Part shown: piece after piece, positions 30,505-40,055 of the stretch | Layout of the letters: the number at the start of each line of letters is the position of its first letter | How positions within the stretch are numbered: the stretch's first letter is position 1 | Origin: Fibrobacteria bacterium | GTDB lineage: Bacteria; Fibrobacterota; Fibrobacteria; UBA11236 | Direction of reading: 5' to 3' | DNA length: 64,000 nucleotides | NCBI GenBank assembly: GCA_041746255.1 | Contig: JBGTHM010000019.1 | Location: 64,001-128,000 of the forward strand | The notes under the pieces: model-generated | Told to the model about the DNA's origin: nothing | Seen by the model: the letters and a program-made list of their open reading frames with translations, nothing else | Database searches by the model: none | Made by a program: the position numbers and the translations under genes

Positions 30505-32748
30505 TCAATCCTCCCGGGTGGGGACGGAGAAATAAATAGTGGCGCCTTTATCCACCGCGCCCTCCGCCCATATTCGGCCCCCGTGTTTGTGGATAATCCG
30601 TTGGGCCGTGGCAAGCCCGATTCCCGTTCCCGGAAACTCGCTGTCATGGTGCAGCCTTTGGAATGCGCCGAACAGTCTATAAGAGTATTCCATGTCGAAT
30701 CCAGCCCCATTGTCGCGGAGATAAAAGGTCGGGCGTCCTTCCACTACCGTGCTACCCAGTTCGATTTCGGCCGGGTCCCTTCCACGCGTGAACTTCCATG
30801 CGTTTTCCAAAAGGTTGCGCAATACTTCTTCCAGCAGCCGTACGTCGCCTTCGATGGATAAGCCCGGTTCAATATGTGTCTGAACGGGCTTATCGGGGTC
30901 TTCCCGCCGCATTTCCTCGAGAATGTTCTCCGCGGCCTTACTTAAATCCATGCGATCGCGGCTGAGCTCGGCCCGTGTAAGCCGAGAGAGGTTGAGTAGT
31001 GCGTTTATCAAGGACCCCATTCTCTCGGCCGCGGCGCGAATTCGGCGCAAATAATCCTGGCCTTGGGCGTCCATCACCCGTTCATAGCGCGAAGTGAGTA
31101 CCTGACTGAATCCCTCGATACTGCGCAAGGGAGCGCGCAGGTCATGGGATACCGAATAGCTAAAGGCCTCGAGTTCATTATTGGTAAGTTTGAGCAGGCG
31201 GCTTTGTTCCTCGATTTCCGCATTCATGATCTGGGTTACGGCAAGCCTTCGTGACGCCACCCGGCCTAGATATACCGCTAATGTGAGCAAAAACCCCATT
31301 AGCAAGCCCGCGATAAGTACGACTGTGGGCAGGGGAGAGGTAATGGACTGAATCGCGCTTCTCCGGGGCCAAACCGTTATGCTCCATATGTTTCCGCCCA
31401 GCGAATAATTGCCCCTGGCGGCATACCTGCTTTTCCCCTCCTGTGGAAGGGCGCTGGCAAAAAGCAAGCCTCTTTCGGCGCCGATGGCTACTTGGTAGTC
31501 GAGGTTGAAAATATTCTTGAAAACGGAGCCGAAAAATTCATCGGCATTAAGATTCGCAAAATAAAAGCCGGCGGGGGCTCCCTCTCCACCGATAGGTGTC
31601 AGCAAATGAAATTGGGAGGAGGCGCCGGCAACGAAAGTAGAGCCTCCGAGACTGGTTTTCCCCTTCGATAAAGCTTCCCGGCGAAGTTCGTCGGGAATGA
31701 GAGAGCTTGCGAATCCGGAAGAAACCGAGGCGTCTTCGGATTCGAAAGCGGATATGGTTTTAGTAATAACACCGTTGGTTTCGGCCCGATGGATAAATAG
31801 AAATTCGGGAAAGTCTTGGACATAAAGTCGGGCGTCACCTTCCCAACCTGTAGGCGAAATGTCTTCCGAATTCGAAATGTTGGAAGCAACTCCATTCCGA
31901 GGTAACCAACGAGCTGCCATGCGTTCCATGGCGGAGGTGCGTGCGCTGAGGGCCGAGTGCAATTCGACCGTCACGGCGTTTAGCATGGTTCGACTCAGTC
32001 GGCGTATCTGCTCGCGCTCGTGGGCGAGCAGTGCCTGCCACAAGACCAAGGAAAGCACCGATACGCCCAGGAAGAGCGGCATGAGAAAAACATCGCTTGC
32101 GTCTCTTTCCTCCATTTTTGCGGCATCAAGAAAACTTCTCACTAAAAGTGTGGCGCCTAAAATCGAGAGCGCCAGAGAGTTGAACAGGGACAAGCGGGCA
32201 AAATCGGCCCATCCAAACACATCCTCGATTCCAATCAAATAACCTAGGAAGGCTGCCATACCCACCGCGGCCACCAGCGAACCGCACAGGGCAATGAATT
32301 GGGGGAATTTTCTGCCACGCTTGTCGGCAACCCACAACGCCACCCCGGCCACCATAAGGCTTAAGGAAGTATTAGGGGGCATGATAAGGTCTATTCGCCT
32401 TTCAGCCAACCTATTGGTCAATTCCCATGAAGTCGGGTCGAATCCGAATAGGTAATGGAGAAATGAGGGTAACAGAGTGATGCCGACCATGCCCACGCAG
32501 ACGCGGGACAATTGCGGCCGGTTCAAGCTGGAAAAAACCAGCGCCCATCCCATAAAGCTGAAGGCCAAAGCCTTGGCCATTACCCGGAAATTATAGGGCC
32601 CGCCTAAATTCAAAGGGGTATCGGGTCCGAAGACCCAACCCATTACGGCGACTATCCCGAGTGCGGTAAGCACTAAACCTGTGACGAGGGGTAAATATTG
32701 GATTACCCTGTTTCCCCGGTTCCGGGTTTTATCCGGGAAGGTTTCCAT
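30505..32748 (-). CDS. Membrane sensor histidine kinase
   Basis: Multi-TM N-terminus and periplasmic domain; FSYSVSHDLRAPLR, NLLENAWKF, DNGAGF and GTGIGLA motifs. Confidence 0.92.
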   Translation of the reverse strand: METFPDKTRNRGNRVIQYLPLVTGLVLTALGIVAVMGWVFGPDTPLNLGGPYNFRVMAKALAFSFMGWALVFSSLNRPQLSRVCVGMVGITLLPSFLHYLFGFDPTSWELTNRLAERRIDLIMPPNTSLSLMVAGVALWVADKRGRKFPQFIALCGSLVAAVGMAAFLGYLIGIEDVFGWADFARLSLFNSLALSILGATLLVRSFLDAAKMEERDASDVFLMPLFLGVSVLSLVLWQALLAHEREQIRRLSRTMLNAVTVELHSALSARTSAMERMAARWLPRNGVASNISNSEDISPTGWEGDARLYVQDFPEFLFIHRAETNGVITKTISAFESEDASVSSGFASSLIPDELRREALSKGKTSLGGSTFVAGASSQFHLLTPIGGEGAPAGFYFANLNADEFFGSVFKNIFNLDYQVAIGAERGLLFASALPQEGKSRYAARGNYSLGGNIWSITVWPRRSAIQSITSPLPTVVLIAGLLMGFLLTLAVYLGRVASRRLAVTQIMNAEIEEQSRLLKLTNNELEAFSYSVSHDLRAPLRSIEGFSQVLTSRYERVMDAQGQDYLRRIRAAAERMGSLINALLNLSRLTRAELSRDRMDLSKAAENILEEMRREDPDKPVQTHIEPGLSIEGDVRLLEEVLRNLLENAWKFTRGRDPAEIELGSTVVEGRPTFYLRDNGAGFDMEYSYRLFGAFQRLHHDSEFPGTGIGLATAQRIIHKHGGRIWAEGAVDKGATIYFSVPTRED

Positions 32749-34718
32749 CAGGAGCCGCCGGTTTGTTGCGTTCCAAGGTCAAGGGTTTCGCGGATAAGTT
32801 TTACCAACTTATGCGCGGAAAACGGCTTTTGCAAAAACTGGGCGGTGGTATGCAGGAGACCATGCCGAAGAATAGCGTCGTCGGTGTAGCCGGACATGAA
32901 AATCACCCGCGTATCGGGAGAAAGCCGCAACACCTCCTCCGCCAACAACCGACCGTTCATGCGGGGCATGACGACGTCCGTCAATAGCAGGTGCAAGGGG
33001 CCTGCAAATTCTTCCAATACCTGCAGCGCCTGGTTCCCGTCCGCGGCTTCCAGCACGGTGTAACCGTTCATCTCCAATACCTTCCGAGTGAACTGCCTGA
33101 CCGCAGCCTCGTCTTCGACCAGAAGCAGGGTTTCGTCACCGCGGCCATTGGTGGCCATGGCGCCGCTGGATCCTCCCATTTCGGTCGCTTCCCCGAGATC
33201 GAAGGGCAGATATATTTTAAATGTGGTACCGATGCCGGGTTCACTGTACACGAAGATATGTCCGCCACTTTGCGACACGATGCCGTCCACCATCGACAGC
33301 CCCAGGCCTGAACCCTGTCCTACGGCTTTGGTGGTGAAAAAGGGTTCGAAAATGCGCTCGCGAATGGAGCTGTCCATGCCCGGACCGGTATCCGACACGG
33401 TGAGTTGTACATAATCCCCTCGGAGTACGGCCGGGTGTTTCCGGATACAGGCTTTATCCAATCGAACTGAAGCCGTTTCCAGGATGATGGTGCCGCCTTC
33501 GGGCATGGCATCGCGGGCGTTGACGACCAGATTCAAGACTACTTGCTGTAACTGCCCGGGGTCGGCTTTGATAGGCCCGATTTCCGGGTGGAGGTTCATG
33601 CGCAAATCGATGTCCTCGCCGATGAGGCGGGTCAGCAGATTTTGCATTTCGGAAAGAACTTCGTTGAGGTTGAGCCGCTTGGGAGCCATCACTTGTTTGC
33701 GGCTATAAGCAAGAAGTTGTTGGGTCAAAGCCGCAGCTCTTTCCCCGGCTTTGTTGATTTCATGCAAGGAGTTATGCAGGAAGTGATCGGATTCGATTTG
33801 TTCCAGGGCCAGGGAGCTGTAGCCGTTAATGGCGGTAAGCAGGTTGTTGAAATCGTGCGCGATGCCACCTGCGAGTTTGCCGATGGCTTCCATCTTCTGG
33901 GATTGCCGCAGTTGTTCTTCGCTTTTCTGTAAAGCCGCCTCGGTTTTTTTCAGCCGGCTCATGTCCAGTATGAAACCGATGAACTTTCTTTCCTCGCCTT
34001 CCGCGAGCATGGATCCGCCAACCACGCAGTGCAAGAGGGCGCCGTCCTTTCGGACCAAGTCCTTCTCAACGGGCTGGAGCTTCGATGTTTTTTGCAATTC
34101 GAGCAAGGTGTCGTCGCTTAAAAAACTTTCGCCGGGATTCACCAACCGGGACCAATGCAATTTTCCCTGGTCGAGATCGGATTGGTCATAGCCCAGCATG
34201 TCGGAAAAGGTGGCGTTGATTTCGAGTAGACGGCCTTGTTCATCGGCGTAAAAAATGCCGATGAGATGCGACTCGAGCAGGAGCCGCACTTGGGCCCGGC
34301 TTTTTTCCAATTCCTTTTCCGCTTCGCGGCGGGCGCCCCTTTCCATCGCTTCGCGAAGCTCGCGCGCGAGGGCGGGTGCGAGGCGGGCCAGGTTGTTTTT
34401 GCTGCAAAAATCATGGGCTCCGGCCTTCATGGTCCGCACGGCGATCTCCTCGGTGACCGCCCCCGAAACCACGATAAAGGGCAGGTCCAACCCTTTTTTG
34501 CGCATAACGGACAGAACGGCCGGCGCATCGAATTCCGGCAGGTTGTAATCACAAATGACGGCGTCCCACGAAGTGCGCTCGATGGCTTTACGGAAATCAC
34601 TCAAACGTTCCACGCGCACCCATTCCGGAGCGAAATCCGCCTGGCGTAACTCTTCCAATACCAGGAGAGTATCGTCCTCGGAATCCTCAATGAACAGAAT
34701 TTTAATCGGAATGGACAT
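32748..34718 (-). CDS. Hybrid histidine kinase (REC-PAS-HisKA-HATPase-REC)
   Basis: N-terminal REC (EDSEDD, CDYNLP); [18 protein letters not shown] and EPFFTTK motifs; C-terminal REC (TDVVMP). Confidence 0.93.
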   Translation of the reverse strand: MSIPIKILFIEDSEDDTLLVLEELRQADFAPEWVRVERLSDFRKAIERTSWDAVICDYNLPEFDAPAVLSVMRKKGLDLPFIVVSGAVTEEIAVRTMKAGAHDFCSKNNLARLAPALARELREAMERGARREAEKELEKSRAQVRLLLESHLIGIFYADEQGRLLEINATFSDMLGYDQSDLDQGKLHWSRLVNPGESFLSDDTLLELQKTSKLQPVEKDLVRKDGALLHCVVGGSMLAEGEERKFIGFILDMSRLKKTEAALQKSEEQLRQSQKMEAIGKLAGGIAHDFNNLLTAINGYSSLALEQIESDHFLHNSLHEINKAGERAAALTQQLLAYSRKQVMAPKRLNLNEVLSEMQNLLTRLIGEDIDLRMNLHPEIGPIKADPGQLQQVVLNLVVNARDAMPEGGTIILETASVRLDKACIRKHPAVLRGDYVQLTVSDTGPGMDSSIRERIFEPFFTTKAVGQGSGLGLSMVDGIVSQSGGHIFVYSEPGIGTTFKIYLPFDLGEATEMGGSSGAMATNGRGDETLLLVEDEAAVRQFTRKVLEMNGYTVLEAADGNQALQVLEEFAGPLHLLLTDVVMPRMNGRLLAEEVLRLSPDTRVIFMSGYTDDAILRHGLLHTTAQFLQKPFSAHKLVKLIRETLDLGTQQTGGS

Positions 34719-34786
34719 AGTTGATTAATATAAAATGTCGGATGGATTTAGGCTTCCGAATCGACTTCACTGGTTATGGCGAGAGA

Positions 34787-35890
34787 TTAGGGAGAGGTTT
34801 CCGGTTCCAGCAGGTATCGGTAGGTTCCGATTTCTCGGCGAAGCTCGGGATTATCGGGGGCGGCTGTCAAGGCGCTTTCCAGCACGTCCACTGAGCGGGC
34901 CGTCCATCCTTGTTGATGGTATTCGTATGCCATATTCCTCAGCCCTTCTAAACCCTCTCGATTTCCAGTGCGTAAAGCTTGTAAGTATGCGCTTTGCGCG
35001 CGGTCCCACCATTTGGAATCAAATGCCAGATTGCCCAGAAAAATTGCCGCATCGGCATAATCCGGTTTCAGGGCCAGGGCTATTTGCAATTGCTCCATGG
35101 CCAAAAAGGGTTTGTCGTCCAGAACAAGGGCGTCCGCCAATTTATAGAGCGACTCCGGATCGTCGGGCCGCCTCGCCAGTCCCTCACGGTAGGCGGCCGC
35201 AGCCTCCTCGAAACGGTTCTCCGCCCGAAACAGGTCGCCGATATAAAACAGGAAATCGACTTCGTCGGGATGGCGTGCCAGGGCCTCGCGTACCAGTTGG
35301 ACGGCCTTGTCCGATTCTTTAAGGGAGGCATGGACTTCCGCTTGCTGGTACACCAAGGCGAGATCCTCCGGATCGAGAGCGCGCGCTTTTTCCAGCGCTC
35401 TGAGGGCGCCTACGGGATCCCGGGTACGGACATGGGCGTCGGCCAGGTAAATCCAGGCATCCACGTTTTCCGGATCCAGACGTAGGCCACGGCGATAACT
35501 AGCGATGGATTCGCCGTATTGGCCCAGCCGGAAAAGTACACTTGCCAGGTTGAACAGGGAAGGAGCATGGCTGCCCTCTCCGCTGCGAACCGCCTTGCGA
35601 AAGGCCGCCGCGGCTTCGGGAAATCGGTTCAATTGATAAAGGCAATTGCCCACGTTGAAGGCTACCAGGGCGGTGTTGGCGCCACGTTCCTCCGCTTTGC
35701 GATAGAGAATCAGGGCCTTTTGGTACTCGCCTTGTTGGTAAAAACGATTACCCTGCTCAACCAGAGCTTCCGGGGCCTGCACGGCGGGAGCGGCCAAGCG
35801 GGTGGAAGTCGGATCGGCAATGCCGGGGCAAAGAGCCGCCGCCACCAGAAGGGTGAAGATCATCCATTTACCCACCAAAGCGTACCTCAA
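34787..35890 (-). CDS. Periplasmic tetratricopeptide repeat protein (TtpD-like position)
   Basis: Signal peptide and multiple TPRs; last gene of the TonB operon. Confidence 0.85.
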   Translation of the reverse strand: MRYALVGKWMIFTLLVAAALCPGIADPTSTRLAAPAVQAPEALVEQGNRFYQQGEYQKALILYRKAEERGANTALVAFNVGNCLYQLNRFPEAAAAFRKAVRSGEGSHAPSLFNLASVLFRLGQYGESIASYRRGLRLDPENVDAWIYLADAHVRTRDPVGALRALEKARALDPEDLALVYQQAEVHASLKESDKAVQLVREALARHPDEVDFLFYIGDLFRAENRFEEAAAAYREGLARRPDDPESLYKLADALVLDDKPFLAMEQLQIALALKPDYADAAIFLGNLAFDSKWWDRAQSAYLQALRTGNREGLEGLRNMAYEYHQQGWTARSVDVLESALTAAPDNPELRREIGTYRYLLEPETSP

Positions 35891-36488
35891 AGGGTTGTTC
35901 CATACCGCAAAATGCCACTGCTGTTCCGCCTTTGCGCGCCGGACGGAACAAGGCTTCCCGAAGCGCCTCGCGGCCGGCCTCGGCTAATCCTAAACCGGTA
36001 GGCCTTTCCTCCACAACGCGTAAATCATAGGGACGACCCGCAACATCCACACAAAACGAGAGTACGACCAGGGCGTCTCTTTCGGCTGCCTGCAATTCGG
36101 CGGGAATTCGCAAGGAAATCCGATTTTGGGCTTCAGGCAAATCGTCGACGCCTCCCTGGCTGCCCACGCCGCCAGTGCCGGAACGGTTGGCGGTTTGCAT
36201 AGGGACGAGCGCGCCCCCAGCGCCGCCCACGCCCAAATCCATGGCGAAACGCGGACCCGACGGTGTGCGGGTGGTAACGGGCTTAGGCCTTTGTGGGCGT
36301 TTAATTTCGCGCCGGGGCTGCTCCTTGGGTTTAGCGATGTCCATTTTTTTGACTTCGGCGCGGGCTACGATACGAATTTCATCTTTATCTCCCGTCCCGG
36401 TTTTAAGCGTCATATTCAATAGGGGAATGCTCAAGATGAGCAGGGCGCTGAGGAAAGCGGCGCCAAGGGCGATGAGCAACTTACTCAT
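35868..36488 (-). CDS. tonB: TonB family energy transducer
   Basis: N-terminal TM, Pro/Lys linker, C-terminal VDVAGR...FRPARKGG domain; follows exbD. Confidence 0.8.
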   Translation of the reverse strand: MSKLLIALGAAFLSALLILSIPLLNMTLKTGTGDKDEIRIVARAEVKKMDIAKPKEQPRREIKRPQRPKPVTTRTPSGPRFAMDLGVGGAGGALVPMQTANRSGTGGVGSQGGVDDLPEAQNRISLRIPAELQAAERDALVVLSFCVDVAGRPYDLRVVEERPTGLGLAEAGREALREALFRPARKGGTAVAFCGMEQPFEVRFGG

Positions 36489-36540
36489 CGAACCGTCTCC
36501 CAGCCGAAAATGTGTCGAGGAGGGTTTATTGATATCACCA

Positions 36541-36948
36541 TCACTCCGCCAATGCCGCCACGGAAACTTTTTTCGCTCCGGCCAGATTGCAAATGTCCAT
36601 GACCTTGACCAAGACCCCGGTTTGCGAGCGTCTGTCCGCCATCAGGATGACGTCGCGCTCGGGATTGGCTCTAAGCATGCGCTCCAATACATCTTTGAGT
36701 CCGGCGGGATCGATTTGACGTTCGTTCAGATGCAGGGTGCCTTCGCGGGTAATCGCGATGAGGATATTTTCCGATTTCAGGGACTGCGCTGATTGGGCTT
36801 GCGGCTTTTCCACGTCCACGCCGGTTTCCTGAGTGAAGGTGGAGGTGACTACGAAGAAAATGAGCAGGATGAACACCATGTCCATGAGCGGAGCGATATC
36901 CACACTCGGAGCCGCCTTTTTTTTGGGAGGTATAATGAAGGTTTCCAT
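36541..36948 (-). CDS. exbD: ExbD/TolR biopolymer transport protein
   Basis: DIAPLMDMVFILLIFFVVT motif. Confidence 0.92.
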   Translation of the reverse strand: METFIIPPKKKAAPSVDIAPLMDMVFILLIFFVVTSTFTQETGVDVEKPQAQSAQSLKSENILIAITREGTLHLNERQIDPAGLKDVLERMLRANPERDVILMADRRSQTGVLVKVMDICNLAGAKKVSVAALAE

Positions 36949-36958
36949 GAAAATTTCC

Positions 36959-37594
36959 TCAGGCTTCCTGATGATGCCGATATATCTGGTTCAGGAGTGA
37001 ACTCACTCCAAGTTCCACTTGGCTGTTCAGCCATGCGATTCGATCCGCCAGTCGATGACGCATGAGCAGCAGGGGAAATGCGATTAAAAGGCCGGATTGG
37101 GTGGTGATAAGCGCTTCGGAAATTCCGTCGGCCAAAAGCACGGGATTACGGTTTCCGTGAATGGTAATCACATCAAAGGTATGTACCATTCCCGTCACGG
37201 TTCCCAACAATCCCAGCAAAGGGGCTGCCGTTGCCAGAACCGCAACCAGCGGAAGGCTGCTGTCGAGAGGGTGGAGTAAGCGGCTTAGTTTTTCTTCGAG
37301 TAATCGGCGTAGCGCCCGTTCGGGCAAATGTCGATTGTGGATTACTATTTCGAGGGAGCGCGGGAAAACCCCTTTGCCCGCCACCAACAGGGCCTCCGCT
37401 CCGGCCGTATCTCCCGCCTGTAGGCGAGCTCGCAACTTATCCAAAGTAACTTTGAAGTCGCTCCGGTAGAGATCGGCGCGAATGACGATATAGGTCGACA
37501 GGATGAGATAAAACCCCCATGCACCCACCAGGAAGATAGGCAGCATCACCCAGCCCCCTGCGGCAATGACGTGATACAGGTCGTCCAATATCAT
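36959..37594 (-). CDS. exbB: MotA/TolQ/ExbB proton channel protein
   Basis: APLLGLLGTVTGM and GISEALITTQSGL motifs. Confidence 0.9.
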   Translation of the reverse strand: MILDDLYHVIAAGGWVMLPIFLVGAWGFYLILSTYIVIRADLYRSDFKVTLDKLRARLQAGDTAGAEALLVAGKGVFPRSLEIVIHNRHLPERALRRLLEEKLSRLLHPLDSSLPLVAVLATAAPLLGLLGTVTGMVHTFDVITIHGNRNPVLLADGISEALITTQSGLLIAFPLLLMRHRLADRIAWLNSQVELGVSSLLNQIYRHHQEA

Positions 37595-37646
37595 GGCCGC
37601 GAACTCAAAATGGTGAACGCGGCTCTAAGCATGTAGAAGGAAAACC

Positions 37647-39152
37647 TCACGATCGAGCTCCTTCGGAGGCGGGCCAGAGACGGTTAAGCACTTCCATGGT
37701 ATGCACGTTGAGTGAAGAGTTGATATTGTCGAGCCGGTTGGAAAGTACGCCGTGTGCCAAAAGCACCGGAATGGCGATGACCAAACCCGCCTGGGTGGTG
37801 ACCAGGGCTTCCGAAATGCCTCCGGCGAGAATGCGTGGGTCGTTGGTACCCGCAGAGGTGATCACTTGAAACAAGGTTATCATTCCCGATACGGTACCGA
37901 GCAAACCCATGAGCGGCGCAACGGCCGCCAAGGTCGCGATAAGCGGCATCCACTTTTCCAAAGTCGGAACTTCGCGCAGCATGGCTTCCTGGGCGGTTTT
38001 CTCGGCGGACTCCCGGTCCTGGCCGGTGCGGCCCAGTACAGCACCTAAAGTATCTCCCAGACTCGTGTTGGACTGGAGGCAATATTGGCGCGCTTCGGAG
38101 AACTTCCCCTGGTCCAGCAATAGACGAAGGCCCCGCATGAATTTTTCGGGATGCGTCCCCCTCCGGGCAAATGCCAGGAAGCGACCGGCCGAAAGAAATG
38201 CGGCGAACAAGGCGACCAAGCCGATGGGAAACATGACCACGCCTCCGGAACGGAACCAAGCCGCTATGCCTTCCAATACACCCGGCGCCTGGCCACGACT
38301 GAGCACCGCGCCCAGGCTTTTATTCTGTAGCACATCCAGGGGCGGGCTGATTTCGGTGCGGCCCTCCAAGGCCTCGCGTATGGTGGATCCCGTTTTGTCC
38401 ATAATGTCTTTACCCAGGTTTTCCCGCCAGGCGAAAACCTGTCCTTGCAGCGAGCCCGTGCGCAGAATCAATTGGGTATGGTTGCCGTCCTTCGCCGTTT
38501 CACCCAGCCAGACGGTCCCCAGGCGAAGTCGCCACGAAGGAGCTTCCACTCCGTCTTCATAAAGGGATGCCCTTTCATCCAAGCTTTGGGTTTGCGTGAG
38601 TAGGTAACGGTTGTGATACGCCCCGAAATACGCTTCCAGGCCCCGCATGAGGGAGGGGTTTTCCTGTTCCAATAATTCGCCCGCCTGCGACAGCATTTGA
38701 GTGCGAATGGCCAGGTCTACGGGGAAATCACTTTCCGATTCGCGCGATGCCTCATCCACTCCTTGTTTGGCCATGGTAATCAGGCCTTCCCAGTTTCCGT
38801 TCGTGCCCGCCCATTCCGCTTCCCGTTCGCGAAGCTCATTTTGCGCCCGCATCAACTCCTCTTCCTGGCGGGCGAGAGCCTGGGCCGTTCTTCCATATTT
38901 TTCTTCCAGGCGACGTATGTCCTCTTCCCATTCCCGGTTTTGCGAAGCCTGCCGGTAACGGGCATCCCAACGCGCCGCTTCGGCTTTTTCGAGGGCACCC
39001 AATTTCGCGGCTTGCAAGTTTTTCAGGCTATGTAATTCTTTTTGCAGGGTCGCGAGACGCTCCTGTTCCGCCTTCGCAGCTTGATCCCCCTGGGCCCAAA
39101 GGGTTGGCTGTAGGCAGAGGAGCCCGGCGATTAGCAGCAAAGACCTATTCAC
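37647..39152 (-). CDS. Long MotA/TolQ/ExbB protein with periplasmic coiled-coil N-terminus (TtpC-like)
   Basis: Signal peptide from GTG 39152; coiled coil; APLMGLLGTVSGM and GISEALVTTQAGL motifs. Confidence 0.85.
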   Translation of the reverse strand: MNRSLLLIAGLLCLQPTLWAQGDQAAKAEQERLATLQKELHSLKNLQAAKLGALEKAEAARWDARYRQASQNREWEEDIRRLEEKYGRTAQALARQEEELMRAQNELREREAEWAGTNGNWEGLITMAKQGVDEASRESESDFPVDLAIRTQMLSQAGELLEQENPSLMRGLEAYFGAYHNRYLLTQTQSLDERASLYEDGVEAPSWRLRLGTVWLGETAKDGNHTQLILRTGSLQGQVFAWRENLGKDIMDKTGSTIREALEGRTEISPPLDVLQNKSLGAVLSRGQAPGVLEGIAAWFRSGGVVMFPIGLVALFAAFLSAGRFLAFARRGTHPEKFMRGLRLLLDQGKFSEARQYCLQSNTSLGDTLGAVLGRTGQDRESAEKTAQEAMLREVPTLEKWMPLIATLAAVAPLMGLLGTVSGMITLFQVITSAGTNDPRILAGGISEALVTTQAGLVIAIPVLLAHGVLSNRLDNINSSLNVHTMEVLNRLWPASEGARS

Positions 39153-40044
39153 GGTTGCCCCCGTTATTTTCAGCGCGTATTTCGGCATCGGAGCGCAATG
39201 ATAGACTTAATGGCAGCGTCACTAACCGCGGTGGTTTTTTCGACCCCTTTACATCCAATGCTGTCCGCACGGCCTCCCTTTCGGCGAAGCTCAAGTTTTC
39301 ACGCCAGGAATAATCGAGGCTGTCACCCCGCAAACGACGTTGTAAAACTCCGAAAGCCTTGCCTTCTTCGTCGGCATAGACCAACCACTGGTTGCCGATG
39401 CGGAGAAGTTGCGCATTCACGGTTTCACCCGTGTTACGGATAATGGGTTTGCTCAACAGTGCGACTTCGTCGCCGAATCGGATTTCATCCCGATAGAGAG
39501 CCTTGAGTCTGCCGAAGGCTTCCTCTACCGAGCTACGCCCGGCCTCCAAATCCTTGCGCAGGGACGCGGCTCGAGCCAGTCTATCCTCCCTTTCGAAGGG
39601 CACGGAATTCCGGATCTGTTGTTCGAAATCGGCGGTGAGTCGGGTGAGTCTTTGGATAACGGCTTTTTCCCGCGCTTGCAATTCTTCGATGGAGTTGTCC
39701 ACGGCGGCGGTTTTCCGTTTTTCCGCATCGGTTTTAAGGCCTGATTCCCGCAGACGCGCCTCCAAGGAGGCGATTTCTTCTTCCCGCTTCTGCCTTTCCT
39801 GGCCGCGCCCCGTAAGGATTTTTTCTTGCAGCGCTTTTTCGGAATTGCGCAGGGAATCCGTTTTGCGTATTTCCGCATCGAGACGGGGAAGTTCAGCCTG
39901 TAAACGGGATATCTCCGCCTGCAATGTTGCGGCTTCGTTCGCTGTTACGCCCTGGGCATGGGACACTCCAGGGAATAGCAAGCTCAGAACGACCGCCCCC
40001 AGCAAAGTGCAAAAAGCGTTTCTTGGGATTTTTACTAGCGGCAT
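39145..40044 (-). CDS. DUF3450 family periplasmic coiled-coil protein (TtpB-like)
   Basis: Signal peptide, coiled coil, PFEREDRLAR and LRIG motifs; AGGAGA RBS before ATG 40044. Confidence 0.72.
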   Translation of the reverse strand: MPLVKIPRNAFCTLLGAVVLSLLFPGVSHAQGVTANEAATLQAEISRLQAELPRLDAEIRKTDSLRNSEKALQEKILTGRGQERQKREEEIASLEARLRESGLKTDAEKRKTAAVDNSIEELQAREKAVIQRLTRLTADFEQQIRNSVPFEREDRLARAASLRKDLEAGRSSVEEAFGRLKALYRDEIRFGDEVALLSKPIIRNTGETVNAQLLRIGNQWLVYADEEGKAFGVLQRRLRGDSLDYSWRENLSFAEREAVRTALDVKGSKKPPRLVTLPLSLSLRSDAEIRAENNGGNRE

Positions 40045-40055
40045 CGTGGTATCTC

